A DNA stretch of 64,000 nucleotides from Chrysemys picta bellii (lineage: Eukaryota): contig NC_088802.1 of NCBI RefSeq assembly GCF_011386835.1, positions 41,850,001-41,914,000 on the forward strand. Reading direction: 5' to 3'. Positions 62,729 to 64,000 of this stretch are shown piece by piece. The notes under the pieces were generated by a model. The model worked only from the letters and a program-made list of their open reading frames with translations, did not search any database and was not told where the DNA came from. The stretch's first letter is position 1. The number at the start of each line of letters is the position of its first letter. Position numbers and translations under genes: made by a program.

Positions 62729-63508
62729 GTTCACTTGGGCAGTTGCACACAACAAGGGAGAGCTGCTAGGTTTGCTTGCCAAGCTGGGTGTTCAGGGAAA
62801 GGCATTTTGAAATACGTGGGATTTTAATGTGGGGATTCTGGGTCTCTGTGCAGTAGAGTTCACAATTGTGACTAGAGCGGTCAATGTCAAGCATTGTGGG
62901 AAGCTGCTGGAGGACTGTTAAGATCGATATAGGTCAGGTGGTGACTACGCTTGCACTGTCGACCACAATACATTGACCATGGCTCAACGCCATTCAGGGA
63001 GGTGGTGTTTATTGCTTTGTCGTAATGGGGTGCTTACATTGGTGGGAGACAAACTTGAGTGTAGTCATACGCACAACGAGGTCGATGCAAGGTGACTCGC
63101 ATTAGCCTAAATTTGTAGTGTAGACCAGGCGTAAGACAGGTATAAATTGAATTAACAGGGTTTGCTACACTGGGTTAATTGATTTTAAACAAATTAAAAC
63201 CTATAGTTAATCAGTTGATTCTCACCCACTAGCACTATTTTGTTGGGTTTAAGTTCATAACACCAGAGAGAAATGTCTAAATCCAGGGTACCTCTTTATT
63301 GAAATAAAAAAAAAAGTTGTATCATGTTAAGTTTTCTGTTCTAATTAAAGGCGTGTGGTTTTAAACTCAACCTAAATTACTTGCCATTTTCTTTAACAGG
63401 AGTTAGAAATGCACAGAAGTATTCTTTGACCCTTTTTGCACTTTTGGGTAAGGTTTGAAATTCACCTATCATGCAGAACTGATGAATTCTACTTTATTCC
63501 AATGGCAG

Positions 63509-63574
63509 GAAGAAGAAACGCTGTCCTTTATAAGAGAGAGCCTTGAAAAAAGTGATCAGCTCACAAAAAACATG
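63509..63574 (+). CDS. EXOC7: EXOC7 coding exon 2, EEETLSFIRESLEKSDQLTKNM
   Basis: Acceptor CAG at 63508 and donor GTAGGT at 63575. Continues exon 1 in frame and matches EXOC7. The gene continues beyond the window. Confidence 0.95.
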
Positions 63575-64000
63575 GTAGGTAGAGTCCCATAAATTAAGTT
63601 AAAAAGATAGGATATGCTTTGCTTGGTCTCTGATTCTGTTGCTTTTTCTGCTGAGAGTTTCTTTGGAAGCTCTGGTTGTGCCAGTTTGAGGAACTTGTGG
63701 GTTCAATAGGTACTTTCCTCAAGATATCTAATCTAAAGAAAGAGGAAAGGTTACAAAGTGTGTTGGGGCACAAGCTTGTCAGTTCTGGAAACGTGGGTTC
63801 AAATGATCCTTCAATCTGATCTAATCTATCTAGGTTTACATATGGTTCTCCTCATCTCAGTATTTTAGTGCCTCCCAAGTATACGACAATAGAAATAAAT
63901 TCTCTCCAGCCAGCGGGGAAAACAGCTAATGTTCTGTGTGTCAGGGCTGAGGGGTGAAAGCTATTGGAAAACTAAGTTGAAAAGATGAGTTTTGCACTTA

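Larger units (their letters stand above)
59080..63131. mobile_element. Full-length but decayed two-gene Harbinger/PIF DNA transposon in EXOC7 intron 1
   Basis: TIRs GCCACATCTACACTGCAAACTTT / AAATTTGTAGTGTAGACCAGGCG with TAA at both flanks. Convergent transposase and Myb/SANT remnants inside. Confidence 0.88.

Overview
Vertebrate genomic DNA. The CR1, hAT, Harbinger and MIR repeat content points to a turtle, but this is an inference. Three genes lie on the + strand in the order I recall for human 17q25. (1) The 3' end of RNF157: a terminal coding exon at 12098-12225 ending GPLAV*, a ~3 kb 3'UTR, and a 41-nt stop-carrying cassette exon at 8994-9034 that resembles the short C-terminus of the paralog MGRN1. 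(2) A complete FOXJ1 gene (CDS 24205-24705 + 28751-29566, 438 aa) with a probable non-coding first exon and an X-box/CCAAT/TATA-like promoter. (3) The first two coding exons of EXOC7 (57783-57842, 63509-63574) behind a CpG-island promoter built from a decayed ~50-bp YY1/NRF1 repeat. The rest is repeat-rich: hAT MITEs with 8-bp TSDs, several nested insertions, a solo LTR, CR1 fragments, MIR/L2 and LF-SINE relics, and a ~4 kb decayed two-gene Harbinger transposon in EXOC7 intron 1. Almost all other ORFs in the track are chance, antisense or repeat-derived. I found no CRISPR, rRNA or tRNA genes and no wholly new protein-coding system. The best leads are the RNF157 C-terminal splicing switch, the tandem-unit EXOC7 promoter and candidate FOXJ1 regulatory elements. 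Gene and repeat identities come from remembered sequences, not database searches.
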